Positions 30,140 to 40,418 are shown, counted from the first letter of the stretch. The stretch: 64,000 nucleotides of DNA from Candidatus Latescibacterota bacterium (GCA_965198115.1 OZ240241.1:7328001-7392000); one strand, 5' to 3'. A program made the numbers and translations. Notes: generated from the letters alone by a model not told the origin.

Positions 30140-30389
30140 TGTCATCCCGAAGCAGATTTAGACGAAGTACGAGCGTCGGTTACGTACTAACTGAGTCTCC
30201 TGAGGGATCCCTCATCACGGGCAGCAGTCCTGCTTACACCTCCTGCTTCTGGGCCCCTCCAGCCACGAAGAGGGATTCCTCGGCACGTCAGTGTTTCCAC
30301 ATTAGGTATCGCAGCCCGCTTCCGATCGTGCCTCGGAATGACAGCCGCCGAGGCAGTGTGGGAATCCTTTATCACCTCGTCGGCTGTCA
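30140..30389. repeat. Composite palindromic element downstream of UxuA paralog 4
   Basis: TGTCATCCCGA...GGGATCCC; GGGATTCCTCGGCAC...GTGCCTCGGAATGACAGCCG...CGGCTGTCA. Confidence 0.75.
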
Positions 30390-31400
30390 CTTAGCTCCTA
30401 CTGCCTGCAGCATTGCGTGGATGTAGCCGAAGGTGTAGGCGATCGCGACTTTGCCCGGCTCGGGGCCGGAGATCCCGGGAACGTGGTCGGGCATGATCAT
30501 GTAGGGATAATCCACGTCCTTCAGCGTTTGGAGAGCCTTCAGCATGTCGACGTCGCCCTCGTCGGGGAAGACCTCGACGAATTTGCGGAGCCCGCCTTTG
30601 ATGTTCCGGTAGTGGATGTTGAAGATCTTCTTCCGTTCGCCGAAGTAGCGGATGACGTCGTAGACATCCTCGCCAGGGTTCTCGAGCTGTTCGGACATGC
30701 ACCCGACGCAGAAGTTGATGCCGTTGTAAGGGCTGTCGTAGAGGTCGACCAATTTCTTGAAGCCTTCGCTCATGCCCATGACTCGATCGACGCCTCGATA
30801 GATCTCGCCGACACCGATGCCGGGATCGGCAGGGTGGCACGCGAGCTGAACCTTGTACTCCTCCGCGACGGGAACAACGCGCTGCAACCAGTAGTTGATG
30901 CGCTCCCACATTTCGTCTGCATCCGCGGGCCCATCCTGAAACTCGCTGAAGCGAGTCTCTTCGGGTTCACGCTCTGAGCCCTTGTCGAGCAACTCTGCGT
31001 AATCGAAGGTCGAGAGGCTGGCGCCGCCCCGACCAGTCGTACGGGCGGTTCGAAGATGGCCGAGGATCGTGATGTTGTAATTGAGGCCGCGTATACCGGC
31101 CTGACCGGCCGTGCGAATGACGTCACACGCGAGATCGAGTTGACGCTCGCGTTCGTCGCTGGGTTTTAGAAAAATGGCACCCGTCTCTTCGTTCCGAAGC
31201 GCATTCCCGGAACCGATCAAATGCATCATCTCCAGCCTGACGTCGAACTTGGCACAGCGCTCGATGTAGCTGGTCAGCAGGTCGACCGTCCACTCCTTTA
31301 GTGGTTCGGTTGGTGTGGTGTCGATGTTGTTGACACCCAGTTGGGATAGCTGGACGAGATTTTCTTCTTCGGGTCGAATGCCCTGGGTGCCGATGTACAT
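30387..31400 (-). CDS. uxuA: UxuA-like, paralog 4 of 4
   Basis: HPADP, GINFCVG, HYRNI, PDHVP. Confidence 0.85.
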   Translation of the reverse strand: MYIGTQGIRPEEENLVQLSQLGVNNIDTTPTEPLKEWTVDLLTSYIERCAKFDVRLEMMHLIGSGNALRNEETGAIFLKPSDERERQLDLACDVIRTAGQAGIRGLNYNITILGHLRTARTTGRGGASLSTFDYAELLDKGSEREPEETRFSEFQDGPADADEMWERINYWLQRVVPVAEEYKVQLACHPADPGIGVGEIYRGVDRVMGMSEGFKKLVDLYDSPYNGINFCVGCMSEQLENPGEDVYDVIRYFGERKKIFNIHYRNIKGGLRKFVEVFPDEGDVDMLKALQTLKDVDYPYMIMPDHVPGISGPEPGKVAIAYTFGYIHAMLQAVGAK

Positions 31401-31445
31401 AGCTACTCCTTGGGAGAGGTCAGAGGTCTGAAATCTCGAAAAGCG

Positions 31446-32234
31446 TCAGGCGCCCTCGACGGCCTTTTTGAGTTCTTCGCCGCTGGTGTTCCAGTAGGAA
31501 TACAGAACGGAGATATCGACGCCCATGTTGAAGTGGCGGACGCCCATATCGAGGTACTCCTTGGCGTCGTCCGGCGACGTGATTTCAGCGCGCGGCTGGA
31601 CTCCCATGGACAGTGCGGTCTTGAAGACCTCGGCTTTTGCATCGCCGATGGAAGGATCGTCTCGCTTGCCCGCCAGTCCGACGCTCATCGAATAGTCTGA
31701 TGGACCCCACTGGACCATGTCCACGCCCTTCACGGAGAGTATGGCCTCTAGGTTTTCGACCGCTTCGCCCTTCTCGATCATCAGGTTGACGACCGTGTTC
31801 CGCATGGCATCGACGTAGGCGGGCCCACCCCCATACCCCATGTAACAATTGCGCCGCATGTAGGAGCTGTAGCGACCGTTGTCCTCAGGTGTGTCGGGAG
31901 TGGTGATTCGTACGCACGTTTCGGCGTCTTCAGCGGTGCGGCAATCCGTAAAGAGGATGGCACCAAACCCGGAGCCGATGGCGCGCTGTGAGAGGTAATG
32001 CTGATTGGCCTGATCGATCTTGAACATCATACCCATGCCGTAGAGCTCCGCAGCCCGACACATATTGTCGAGGTCGTGGGACGTGAACGTCCCGTATTCG
32101 CCCACATATTCAACGTAGTCGTAATGACCCGTGTGGCCGATGACTTCTACGATGGCCGGCCAGTGGGAGTGGATGCGGGTGCCAATGGTCGGTTCTCCCG
32201 CGCTCAGCTTTTCGCGGATGATATTGGGCTTCAT
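31446..32234 (-). CDS. HpcH/HpaI class II aldolase family
   Basis: IREKLSAGEPTIG, GHYDYVEYVGEY, MIEK.EAVENLEAILSVKGVD, GPSDYSMS. Confidence 0.88.
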   Translation of the reverse strand: MKPNIIREKLSAGEPTIGTRIHSHWPAIVEVIGHTGHYDYVEYVGEYGTFTSHDLDNMCRAAELYGMGMMFKIDQANQHYLSQRAIGSGFGAILFTDCRTAEDAETCVRITTPDTPEDNGRYSSYMRRNCYMGYGGGPAYVDAMRNTVVNLMIEKGEAVENLEAILSVKGVDMVQWGPSDYSMSVGLAGKRDDPSIGDAKAEVFKTALSMGVQPRAEITSPDDAKEYLDMGVRHFNMGVDISVLYSYWNTSGEELKKAVEGA

Positions 32235-32324
32235 CGGTTCTCCTCGGGGATTGGTGTGAACGGAAAGCGTGCAGCGGCCCCCATGCTGCCCCTCGCCCGG
32301 TCAAATGGCAAGGGAAAAGAAGAC

Positions 32325-32375
32325 CACGAAATACACGAAACACACGAAAATCTGGGCCACACGGAATACACGGAA
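32325..32375. repeat. 9-mer tandem repeats
   Basis: CACGAAATA CACGAAACA CACGAAAAT and CACACGGAA TACACGGAA. Confidence 0.8.
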
Positions 32376-32429
32376 AGGAACACCGGGCGGATAACGAGTC
32401 TCCCCCTGCCCCCGGGACCCTGCTCCCCC

Positions 32430-33398
32430 TCAGCTCTTCAGGTGTTCCTCGAACCACGCCACCATCCACTCGAAATATTCGACGAGAAACTGGTGATTGC
32501 CCTCCGGCTGGTGAACCTCGAAGCGCTCCGGGTGGCCAGCCGTTACGTAGGCTTCGCGAACAATCGGGATGAGCCGGTCGACACCAGCCCTGGGCATGTC
32601 CTCGTCTTCGGTGGGCGCGATCATCATGAACGGGCGAGGTGGCATACAGGCGGCCACGACGCTCGGATGGTCGAAGTAGCGGAGCATGTGCGGGATGTAG
32701 TAGTAGGCGCTGTGCCGTTCAGGATCGCCGTGGTGGATGACCTGGGCCAGGCTGCCGACGCCCCCACACACGGGAACCCCCGCCGCGATCCACGGTGCGC
32801 AGGCCATAGAATACCACGTTGCGTTGCCCCCGAGCGACATGCCCGTGACGCCCAGACGACCTGGAGCGACGCCGGCGGTAGCGCCGAGAATCCTGGCCGC
32901 TCGTAGCGTTTCCTCGACGAGAATACCCATCTGGGTTCGGCCGTAGGGGGCAAGATGTTTATTCTCAAGCGCCCAATCGTTGATGCTTGCGCGACGACCT
33001 TCCGTGCCCTTTGCCGATATCGCCAGCGTCACGAATCCACGACGCGCCAGCTCGCGTCCCCAGCCAATCAGGGGACCATCCGGCGACTGGTGGAAATCAG
33101 GATGTGCGACGCGTTCAGCGGATCCACCGGTTCCGGAAACGCACGCGATCCCGGGTCGATCGCTCGATCCATCGAGTGGTTCCATCATGATGCCGGGTAC
33201 GCTTTCCCCGAGGGAGTTGGCGTAGCTGAGGTTAGAAATTCGAAGATTGTCGACTTCTTCGGTGGCAGCGACGGAAACGTCTACCTCATCCGGGATCTCG
33301 GCGAGCCCGTGCAGCTCGATGAGCTTCGCTCGAATGTCCTCGTCAGCGACGTCGACGGGAAAGGCAGGCTGGATGTCGGGGGGAATGATCGACGGCAC
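32430..33398 (-). CDS. Alpha/beta hydrolase (dienelactone hydrolase/esterase-like)
   Basis: ELARRGFVTL, nucleophile GMSLGG, EDEDMP, EGNHQF. Confidence 0.85.
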   Translation of the reverse strand: MPSIIPPDIQPAFPVDVADEDIRAKLIELHGLAEIPDEVDVSVAATEEVDNLRISNLSYANSLGESVPGIMMEPLDGSSDRPGIACVSGTGGSAERVAHPDFHQSPDGPLIGWGRELARRGFVTLAISAKGTEGRRASINDWALENKHLAPYGRTQMGILVEETLRAARILGATAGVAPGRLGVTGMSLGGNATWYSMACAPWIAAGVPVCGGVGSLAQVIHHGDPERHSAYYYIPHMLRYFDHPSVVAACMPPRPFMMIAPTEDEDMPRAGVDRLIPIVREAYVTAGHPERFEVHQPEGNHQFLVEYFEWMVAWFEEHLKS

Positions 33399-33400
33399 GT

Positions 33401-35299
33401 CTATTCTCCGGGGATGATGGGCAGCACGATGTGTGATGGACGATCAGGACCGTGATAGATCGTGTTGTCGGCGCCCTGGCGTCGACGTTCGGTACCGATC
33501 GGATCGCCTGTGTTAGGGTTGGCGTCGAACCGGGGGAAGTTGGAGCTGGAGATGTCCAACCGGATGCGATGACCGGCCTGAAACAAATTGCTCGTCGGAT
33601 ACAGCGTGATCGTGATTTCGGCGATGTCGCCTGGGGGCAAAAAATCGGCCTCCCCGCCGTTCCGGTATCGCAGCCGGATGATGCTGTCGGTCAGGTTGAG
33701 GGCGTAGCCGTTGGGATACCACCGATTTGGAGGGTAGACATCGATGAGCTTCGCGGTGAAGTCGGTGTCTGGGGCGGACGAGGATACCCAGAGGTGGACA
33801 TCGATGGGTCCTGTGACTTCGATGTCGGACGCCAGCGGTGCCGATTCGTAGACGAGCACGTCGCGGCGCGTGCCGAGCGGGAGGAAGGGTGGACGGCACC
33901 CGAAGAAATCCGGGTCTTCGACCTGATCGAATCCGCCGGCCGACATGACGTTGTGCGTTCGATCACTCCGTGGTGAGTAGGCCGGATCGGCGATCCCCGG
34001 GGGTAGCGATTCGAGTGCGCTGAGGGAGGAGACATTTCCGCCGATCGAGGGCACCGGATCCGACGGGTCGAAACGATAAGTCGTCTGGGTGTTGCTGACC
34101 GACCGTTCCGGTGAAAGAACGCCGTCCGCGTGGATGTAGTAAGGCGTATACTGCGTTCGAGCCAGGGGCCACTCGTTCTCATCTCGCCACTGGCCCCCGT
34201 GGAACAGTCGGCCCGACGTCGATCGGTGACCGTCGCCTCCGCCCATGACGAAGATGCGCACGGGGGGTGCGTCTGCCTGACCGGTATCCTTATCCTTCAG
34301 CGTCCAGTCGAACCACGCGAGATGAAGGTCGCGGAACGTGTTTAGGGCAGCCTCCGGCCCGAATTCCACGTCGCCCGCGTAGGAGAGATCGATGGTGGCC
34401 GATCCGTGTGTCCACGGGCCCACCAGCACGCGGACGGGACTGTTCTTGCGACTGGCGAGTCCTTCATAATTCTGGAAGGTGGCTCGGGTGTAGGAATCGT
34501 ACCACCCGCCGACGATCAGGATGGGAATATCGGGAAAGTCGTCCCAGTAGAGGGCGGGTGCGAGGCTCGGGTGTTTCCAGTAGTCGGTAAAGTCTGATTC
34601 GGTGTAGATCTTGAACGCCCAGTTTTCATAGACGGGTACAAGCTTGAGCTGCGTCTGGCCTTTTCGAAGCGGCATCCGCGTGATCCAATCGGCGAACGAC
34701 GTGGCGCCGAGGTTGAGGGCGCCGTCGATAGCCGGGTCCGACTTCAGTTTCTCCTGTGTGTTCGTCGCCGAATGCCAGAACGCCCACGCGAGGAACCTCA
34801 GCTCGAGCGTGCCGCCGTGTCGAACTGAACTCTCGTGGGCGATGGCGCCACTCATGTTCGGGACCATGGAGGCCAGGTTCGTGGGACCGAGCGCCGCCAT
34901 GGCGGTTTGTGTCCAGCCACTCCACGAGGTTCCCCACGAGCCGACTTTTCCGTTCGACCAGGGCTGCTGACCGATCCACACGAGTGTGTCGAATCCGTCT
35001 TCGGCTTCGGGGACGAGGAAATCGACGTCTCCCTCCGATTTAAACGTCCCGCGGCAGTCCTGAACGACGGCGATGTAGCCCCGTCGTGCGAAGAAGCGAT
35101 TGTAACCCGCTGCTTCTTCCGTGTCCTCTTTGCGGTAGGGCGTTCGGTTGAGCACGACGGGATGGCTTCCCGGAATCCGCTTGCCATCCCTGGCGGGAAA
35201 ATAGACGTGCGTTGCGAGATGGACTCCATCTCGCATCGGGACCATGATGTCGCGCTCGATCAGCACATCGTATGTGGCGTCGGTGGTTTGTAGGGTCAT
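33401..35299 (-). CDS. CocE/NonD hydrolase
   Basis: MRDGVHLA, RTPY, QDCRG, GTSWSG, GWYD, GPWTH, SSSNFPRFD. Confidence 0.93.
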   Translation of the reverse strand: MTLQTTDATYDVLIERDIMVPMRDGVHLATHVYFPARDGKRIPGSHPVVLNRTPYRKEDTEEAAGYNRFFARRGYIAVVQDCRGTFKSEGDVDFLVPEAEDGFDTLVWIGQQPWSNGKVGSWGTSWSGWTQTAMAALGPTNLASMVPNMSGAIAHESSVRHGGTLELRFLAWAFWHSATNTQEKLKSDPAIDGALNLGATSFADWITRMPLRKGQTQLKLVPVYENWAFKIYTESDFTDYWKHPSLAPALYWDDFPDIPILIVGGWYDSYTRATFQNYEGLASRKNSPVRVLVGPWTHGSATIDLSYAGDVEFGPEAALNTFRDLHLAWFDWTLKDKDTGQADAPPVRIFVMGGGDGHRSTSGRLFHGGQWRDENEWPLARTQYTPYYIHADGVLSPERSVSNTQTTYRFDPSDPVPSIGGNVSSLSALESLPPGIADPAYSPRSDRTHNVMSAGGFDQVEDPDFFGCRPPFLPLGTRRDVLVYESAPLASDIEVTGPIDVHLWVSSSAPDTDFTAKLIDVYPPNRWYPNGYALNLTDSIIRLRYRNGGEADFLPPGDIAEITITLYPTSNLFQAGHRIRLDISSSNFPRFDANPNTGDPIGTERRRQGADNTIYHGPDRPSHIVLPIIPGE

Positions 35300-35308
35300 G
35301 TGGCTGCG

Positions 35309-36388
35309 TTACCCTCTCGCGAAATCCCAGGTTCGGCTTCCAAATTTTGACAAGCTTTCTACATCGAGTTCCATGCCGAGACCTGGTCCCTTCGGGACGA
35401 CGAGGTGGCCGTTGTCGTACTGGACGCGGTCGACGACGACATCATCGAGATAGAGTTGAGCACCAGCTGCGTCGCCAGGATACTCGAGGTTAGGGACAGA
35501 CGCGCCGAGATGGCCCTGGGCGGAGACGCCGATCGAGAGCTCCTGCGTGGTTCCGATGAGGGTCTTCAGGCCCAGCGTCTCAGCGGTGGCGAAGAGGTTG
35601 CGCCCCCTGCGAATACCACGGCTGCAGACGGCGAGGTTGAGGATGTCGACGCCCTGACCCTCCGCGAGGGCGATGGCATACGCTTCGTCGCTACAGTGCT
35701 CGCTGACGGGGAAGGGGATGCGTTCCCGGACTTTGGCCTTTCCGGGTATATCAGGCGCAGGACTCTCGACCAGCATGGGTTCGACCCACGCGAGACGCTC
35801 GACGGCGGCAGCGCATTCCTTCCAGGTGAGGCGGCAGCTGAAGTCGAGCGATTTGACCTTGAAGTCGTCGCCGTGGTTGTCCCGAAGCTGGCGGAACAGC
35901 TTCTCGTCGATGTCGACGTCCCCGCCTACGTAGAACCGAAACAGGTCGAATCCGAGGGAGAGCATCCGTTTGACACGGTCGAGGTTGAGGTCGAACTGCG
36001 ACATGTCCATCTGCCGGAAAATGGGGTAACAGATCTTGTATCGATCGCGATACGCGCCACCATAGAGATCGTGGACGGGGACACCTAGAATTTTGCCGCG
36101 TAGGTCGTGTACCGCCGTGTCTATTCCTGCGCCCAATGGGGCCTGGAGTCCGTCGACGACCGGGTCGATCCTCTCCGGGTCGAACGGATCGGCGCCGGAG
36201 AGACGTTGGTTGAGTATGTATTCCAGGTGATCCACATCGGGGAAGACGGGGTTGTGTCCGAGGTCGGACATTTCGCCGACTCCCACGGGACCCTCGCCGG
36301 TGGCCATAGTGACGATGATGTGGGGCGACACAGCGCCGGTCTCGCGACGCGTGCCGACGGGATAGAGTTTGATCTCGGTGATTTTCAC
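35309..36388 (-). CDS. Galactarate dehydratase-II-like enolase superfamily enzyme (RxY)
   Basis: GTG start after GGAGG; GEMSD, KICYPIFR, FRFYVG, KSLDFS, VESPA, SEH, GTTQELSIG, matching my recollection of Oceanobacillus GalrD-II. Confidence 0.85.
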   Translation of the reverse strand: MKITEIKLYPVGTRRETGAVSPHIIVTMATGEGPVGVGEMSDLGHNPVFPDVDHLEYILNQRLSGADPFDPERIDPVVDGLQAPLGAGIDTAVHDLRGKILGVPVHDLYGGAYRDRYKICYPIFRQMDMSQFDLNLDRVKRMLSLGFDLFRFYVGGDVDIDEKLFRQLRDNHGDDFKVKSLDFSCRLTWKECAAAVERLAWVEPMLVESPAPDIPGKAKVRERIPFPVSEHCSDEAYAIALAEGQGVDILNLAVCSRGIRRGRNLFATAETLGLKTLIGTTQELSIGVSAQGHLGASVPNLEYPGDAAGAQLYLDDVVVDRVQYDNGHLVVPKGPGLGMELDVESLSKFGSRTWDFARG

Positions 36389-36763
36389 GTGGACCTCCGG
36401 AAGTGGTATCCCGCGATGCAGTGCTGGGCGATTGATGGGCCTCAAGATGGGGTCATGCCTGTGGGCCGGCAAGAATTGACGAAACCGAGAAACAACTCAC
36501 CACGGAGGACACGGAGAAGGCGGAGGGTTCACAGGCATCGCCAGGGGCCGGGATTCGAGATCAGACGAGAAATGGGTATCGTGGCTCGCAGAGTGGGGCG
36601 ATGGAACGTATCGAGACAACATTCTCGTCAGGCGGCAGATTTTATTCCTTCAGATGGTTTACCCCCCGGAAATCTGGTGCTTTCCTGACAAGCTGATGTA
36701 TCATGCGACTGAATCTGCCATCCGGACCGATGACCGCCGATCCAGATCGGCGTGGAGGAAGGC

Positions 36764-37756
36764 ATGAAAGCAGCTGTCTACCACGGCCCACGTGATATCC
36801 GGGTAGAGGACGTAAGCCAGCCCGAGATCGAGGAAAACGAAGTGCTGCTGCGGGTGAAAGCTTGCGGCATATGCGGGTCAGACCTGCACACGTATCGGCT
36901 CGGGATGTTCGAGGAGGCCCTGGGACGGCCGATCGAGAACGGCCGCATCATGGGTCACGAGATGAGCGGCGAGGTCGTGGAGGTCGGGGGCGTCGTCGAT
37001 GGATTCCGGGTCGAGGATCGCGTGACGTCCGTCGGCCGCGGCGGCTTTGCCGAGTTCACGTCGGTCGAGATACGGGAGAGAAGTCCCCACCTGCTGCCTG
37101 AATCGATCAGTTTCGAAGAAGGGGCGATGATGGAGCCCTTCGCGACGTCCATTCACGGGGTCGGTCTCGCCCAGCCCCAGCAGGGCGAGACCGTCGTCGT
37201 CCTTGGGGTGGGGATCATTGGACTGGGATGCATTCAGGCGATCCGCGCGACGACGGACTGCCGCATCATCGCGGTGGATACGTCTGAAAAGCGACTGGAT
37301 ATGGCTCATCAACTCGGTGCAACAGATACCGTCAACCTGAAGGAGACCGATCCTCTCGAGGCGGTGATCGAACTGACGGGCGGGGCCAAACCTGTGGAGA
37401 ATTTTGGCGTTCGTGGTGGGAACGCGGATGTGGTGATCGACTGTGCAGGTGCCAAAGCCTCTCCGAATCAGGGATTGCTGATGCTCAAGCAGCTCTACGG
37501 CCGCATGGTGTTCGTTGCGCTGTTCGAAGGCCAGCCGGAATTGGATTTCAACCAGGTCGTACGCAAGCACGTGACAATTCGGGGTTCGTGGGGATGGACG
37601 GGCGATGATTACCACGAGGCGATCGCCCTCGTGGAGAGCGGCCGCGTCGATCGTAAACCTCTGATCTCGCATACTTTTTCGCTGGACGAGGCGCCCGAGG
37701 CGTTCGCTATGCAGGATAAACCGGATGCGGCCATCAAGGTTCTGCTCAAACCGTGA
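36764..37756 (+). CDS. Zn-dependent (MDR) alcohol/sugar dehydrogenase
   Basis: CGICGSDLH, GHE, GVGIIG; lacks the 4-Cys structural-zinc loop. Confidence 0.92.
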   Translation: MKAAVYHGPRDIRVEDVSQPEIEENEVLLRVKACGICGSDLHTYRLGMFEEALGRPIENGRIMGHEMSGEVVEVGGVVDGFRVEDRVTSVGRGGFAEFTSVEIRERSPHLLPESISFEEGAMMEPFATSIHGVGLAQPQQGETVVVLGVGIIGLGCIQAIRATTDCRIIAVDTSEKRLDMAHQLGATDTVNLKETDPLEAVIELTGGAKPVENFGVRGGNADVVIDCAGAKASPNQGLLMLKQLYGRMVFVALFEGQPELDFNQVVRKHVTIRGSWGWTGDDYHEAIALVESGRVDRKPLISHTFSLDEAPEAFAMQDKPDAAIKVLLKP

Positions 37757-38554
37757 CCGATGGCGACCCAGGGCTGTGCGTCGACAGCATCACGAAGCTC
37801 GGTCCCGAGTATCGCGGTCGAGTGCTTGTTGCCGGGTCTCATGGCGGCAGATACTGTGGATATCTCGCCGCCCTCGGCGGTCTGAGAGGGGTCATCCTCA
37901 ACGACGCGGGGGTGGGCAAGGACGATGCGGGGATCGGGGCGCTCGACTATCTGCAGCCCCTGGGCGTCGCGGCCGCGACGGTGGCGCATACCTCTTCCCG
38001 GATCGGGGATGGCGCGGACATGCTCGAACGTGGAAGGCTGTCCTACTGCAACGATGTGGCGAAGGCTCTCGGTTGTGCGGAAGGTCAGTCCTGTCGGGAG
38101 GCTGCGGCGGCCATGCGGAGAGGCGAGGCTTACGAAGGTGAACCACCGGCCCACGAGGAAGGGCGTGAAATTCTGCGAGAGACGCCAGTGAGAGTCGTCG
38201 GGTGCGACTCGGCCTCGCTGGTCGTGGACGACGATGCGGATACGGTCATCGTAACAGGATCGCACGGAGGCTCGCTCGCGGGCAGACCCGGTTACGGACT
38301 CGCAGTCAAGGCAACGTGGTGGGATTTTCAACGATGCGGGCGTGGGGGTCGACAACGCGGGCATCCGGCGCTTGCAGATTCTGGATGATTCGGGCGCGCC
38401 CGCCGCGACGGTGGACGCGATGACCGCCCGCATCGGTGATGCGCGGTCGGCCTGGGAGACGGGCATTCTTACCCACGTGAATGCGCTGGCGCTAGAGCGT
38501 GGCGTCGAGATCGGGATAACGGTGCCCGAATTCGCCGATCGGCTTTCTGCGTGA
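37753..38554 (+). CDS. Hypothetical protein with an internally duplicated domain, frameshift at ~38313
   Basis: Two copies of DS..L...GSHGG...NDAGVG.D.AG...L...G..AATV....(S/A)RIGD. An extra A in GCAACGT splits the second copy. Confidence 0.75.
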
Positions 38555-38687
38555 CGTGGCAATGCGTCCACGTGCGGAGCACGAGGACGAGCGTGGCGTT
38601 TGGAATTCTAATAAAAGCAATGCGAATCGCTCATCCCTGTGCTGTGCACAGGGATGCATAGAGTCGACCGATGCAAACGGAGAATCG

Positions 38688-40418
38688 ATGTCTTCACGCG
38701 TGCAGATGAACGGCGGGCGGGCGCTCGCAGAAATGCTCAAACTTCACGATCCGGCACCGATGTTCGGGATGGCCGGTTTCCAGTTGCTGCCTTTTTACGA
38801 TGCTGTCAGGGAGTTGGGGTTGAGCCACACCCTGATTAACGATGAACGATCGGGTGTGTTCATATCCGATGCGTGGGCGCGAGTGACGGGGCGACCCGGC
38901 ATCTGTGATGCAACGCTCGGGCCCGGGGCAACGAATCTCGTGACGGGGCTGGTCGAGTCGTTGAACGCGGGGGTGCCCCTGATCGTTCTCGTGGGCAACA
39001 GCAATCGCGACCACTCGTGGAAGAACATGACGCAGGAGGCGCGTCAGGCAGACATCCTTGCCCCAGCGGTGAAGGAACAGATTCGGATCGAACAGGGATT
39101 GAGGATTCCTGAGCTCGTGCGTCGAGCCTATTCCGTGGCTACATCGGGCCGTCCGGGCCCGGTCGTGCTCGACATTCCCGAGGACATCGCGCACGGGGAA
39201 TTCGACTTTCCGAAGGACGATCTGTACGCCGATCCGGAGACGCTTCGCATCCCGTCGAAACGCGCCCGTCCCGGTCGCGAGTCCGTGGCAAAGGCGGCCG
39301 AGCAGCTGCGCCAATCGGATCGGCCCATCGTTCTGGCGGGAGGTAGCATCCATCTTTTGGGCGCTTACGATGAGCTGTTAGGCTTCGCGGAGGCGTTCAG
39401 CATTCCGGTTGCTCAGACTTTGAGTGGAAAAGGGGCGATCCCCTGTACGCATCCCCTGAGCGTGGGTCTGTTCGGACGGTGGACGCGCATTGCGAATGAC
39501 CTGATCGACACCTCGGACTGTATCATGTCTGTCGGGTGCAAGATGGGTGAGATCGCGACGAAGCGGTTCGCGCTCATGCCGCAGGGCGTCCCGTTCATTC
39601 ATCTCGACATCGTGGCCGAGGAGATTGGACGAACGACGGCGACCGATGTGGCGCTGTGGGGAGATGCCGCCGAAGGTCTTCGGGATCTTCACGATCTGAT
39701 GAGCGATGACGCGACGGTCTTGAGAGCGCGCCGGAAAGACTACGTGGGCGAAATCGAGGAGCGGCTACAAGCGTGGCGGGTTGAAGCAGAGCCTCGATAC
39801 GCTTCGACCGAGCGACCGGTCAACATGGCACGCATGGTCCGAGAGCTCCAGGGAGTGATGCCCGGCAACGGCATCCTGGTGGTCGACGGCGGATTCGCCG
39901 CTCACTGGACCGGATTGTTGTACGATTCGACGCGCTCGGGTCGAAGTTACATCGCCAATCGGGGGTTCGCGTCGATCGGTTACGGTCTGCCGGGTACGAT
40001 GGGTGCGCAACTTGCGGCCCCAGATTCGCCAGTCATCGGGATTACGGGAGATGCTGGCTTCAACATGGTGCTCGGCGAGCTGGAGACCGCGAGAAGGCTC
40101 GGCCTTGGGTTTACACTCGCGATCGTGAACAACGCGGCATCGGGTTACGTTAAAGCCCTTCAGCACAATATGTATGGGGCCCGTTATCAGTCGAGCGACC
40201 TGAGTGAGGTCAATTACGCGAACGTGGCCTGTGAACTCGGATGCCACGGTATCCGCGTCGAAGATCCGGATGAGCTTGAAGGTGCGTTTGCAGAGGGTAT
40301 CGCCAATCGGGAGTCGCCAACCGTCGTCGATGTGGTCGTCACTCGCGACCCGTCCAAAATGCTGCCCGGTGTGGACAGTCGGACGGCACCGGTTAAGAAA
40401 GGCGATAGACCCGCTTGA
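38688..40418 (+). CDS. ThDP-binding enzyme, acetolactate synthase large-subunit-like
   Basis: NDERSG, TLGPGATN, GRPGPVVLDIP, GDAGFNM...NN; probable start MSSRVQ. Confidence 0.92.
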   Translation: MSSRVQMNGGRALAEMLKLHDPAPMFGMAGFQLLPFYDAVRELGLSHTLINDERSGVFISDAWARVTGRPGICDATLGPGATNLVTGLVESLNAGVPLIVLVGNSNRDHSWKNMTQEARQADILAPAVKEQIRIEQGLRIPELVRRAYSVATSGRPGPVVLDIPEDIAHGEFDFPKDDLYADPETLRIPSKRARPGRESVAKAAEQLRQSDRPIVLAGGSIHLLGAYDELLGFAEAFSIPVAQTLSGKGAIPCTHPLSVGLFGRWTRIANDLIDTSDCIMSVGCKMGEIATKRFALMPQGVPFIHLDIVAEEIGRTTATDVALWGDAAEGLRDLHDLMSDDATVLRARRKDYVGEIEERLQAWRVEAEPRYASTERPVNMARMVRELQGVMPGNGILVVDGGFAAHWTGLLYDSTRSGRSYIANRGFASIGYGLPGTMGAQLAAPDSPVIGITGDAGFNMVLGELETARRLGLGFTLAIVNNAASGYVKALQHNMYGARYQSSDLSEVNYANVACELGCHGIRVEDPDELEGAFAEGIANRESPTVVDVVVTRDPSKMLPGVDSRTAPVKKGDRPA

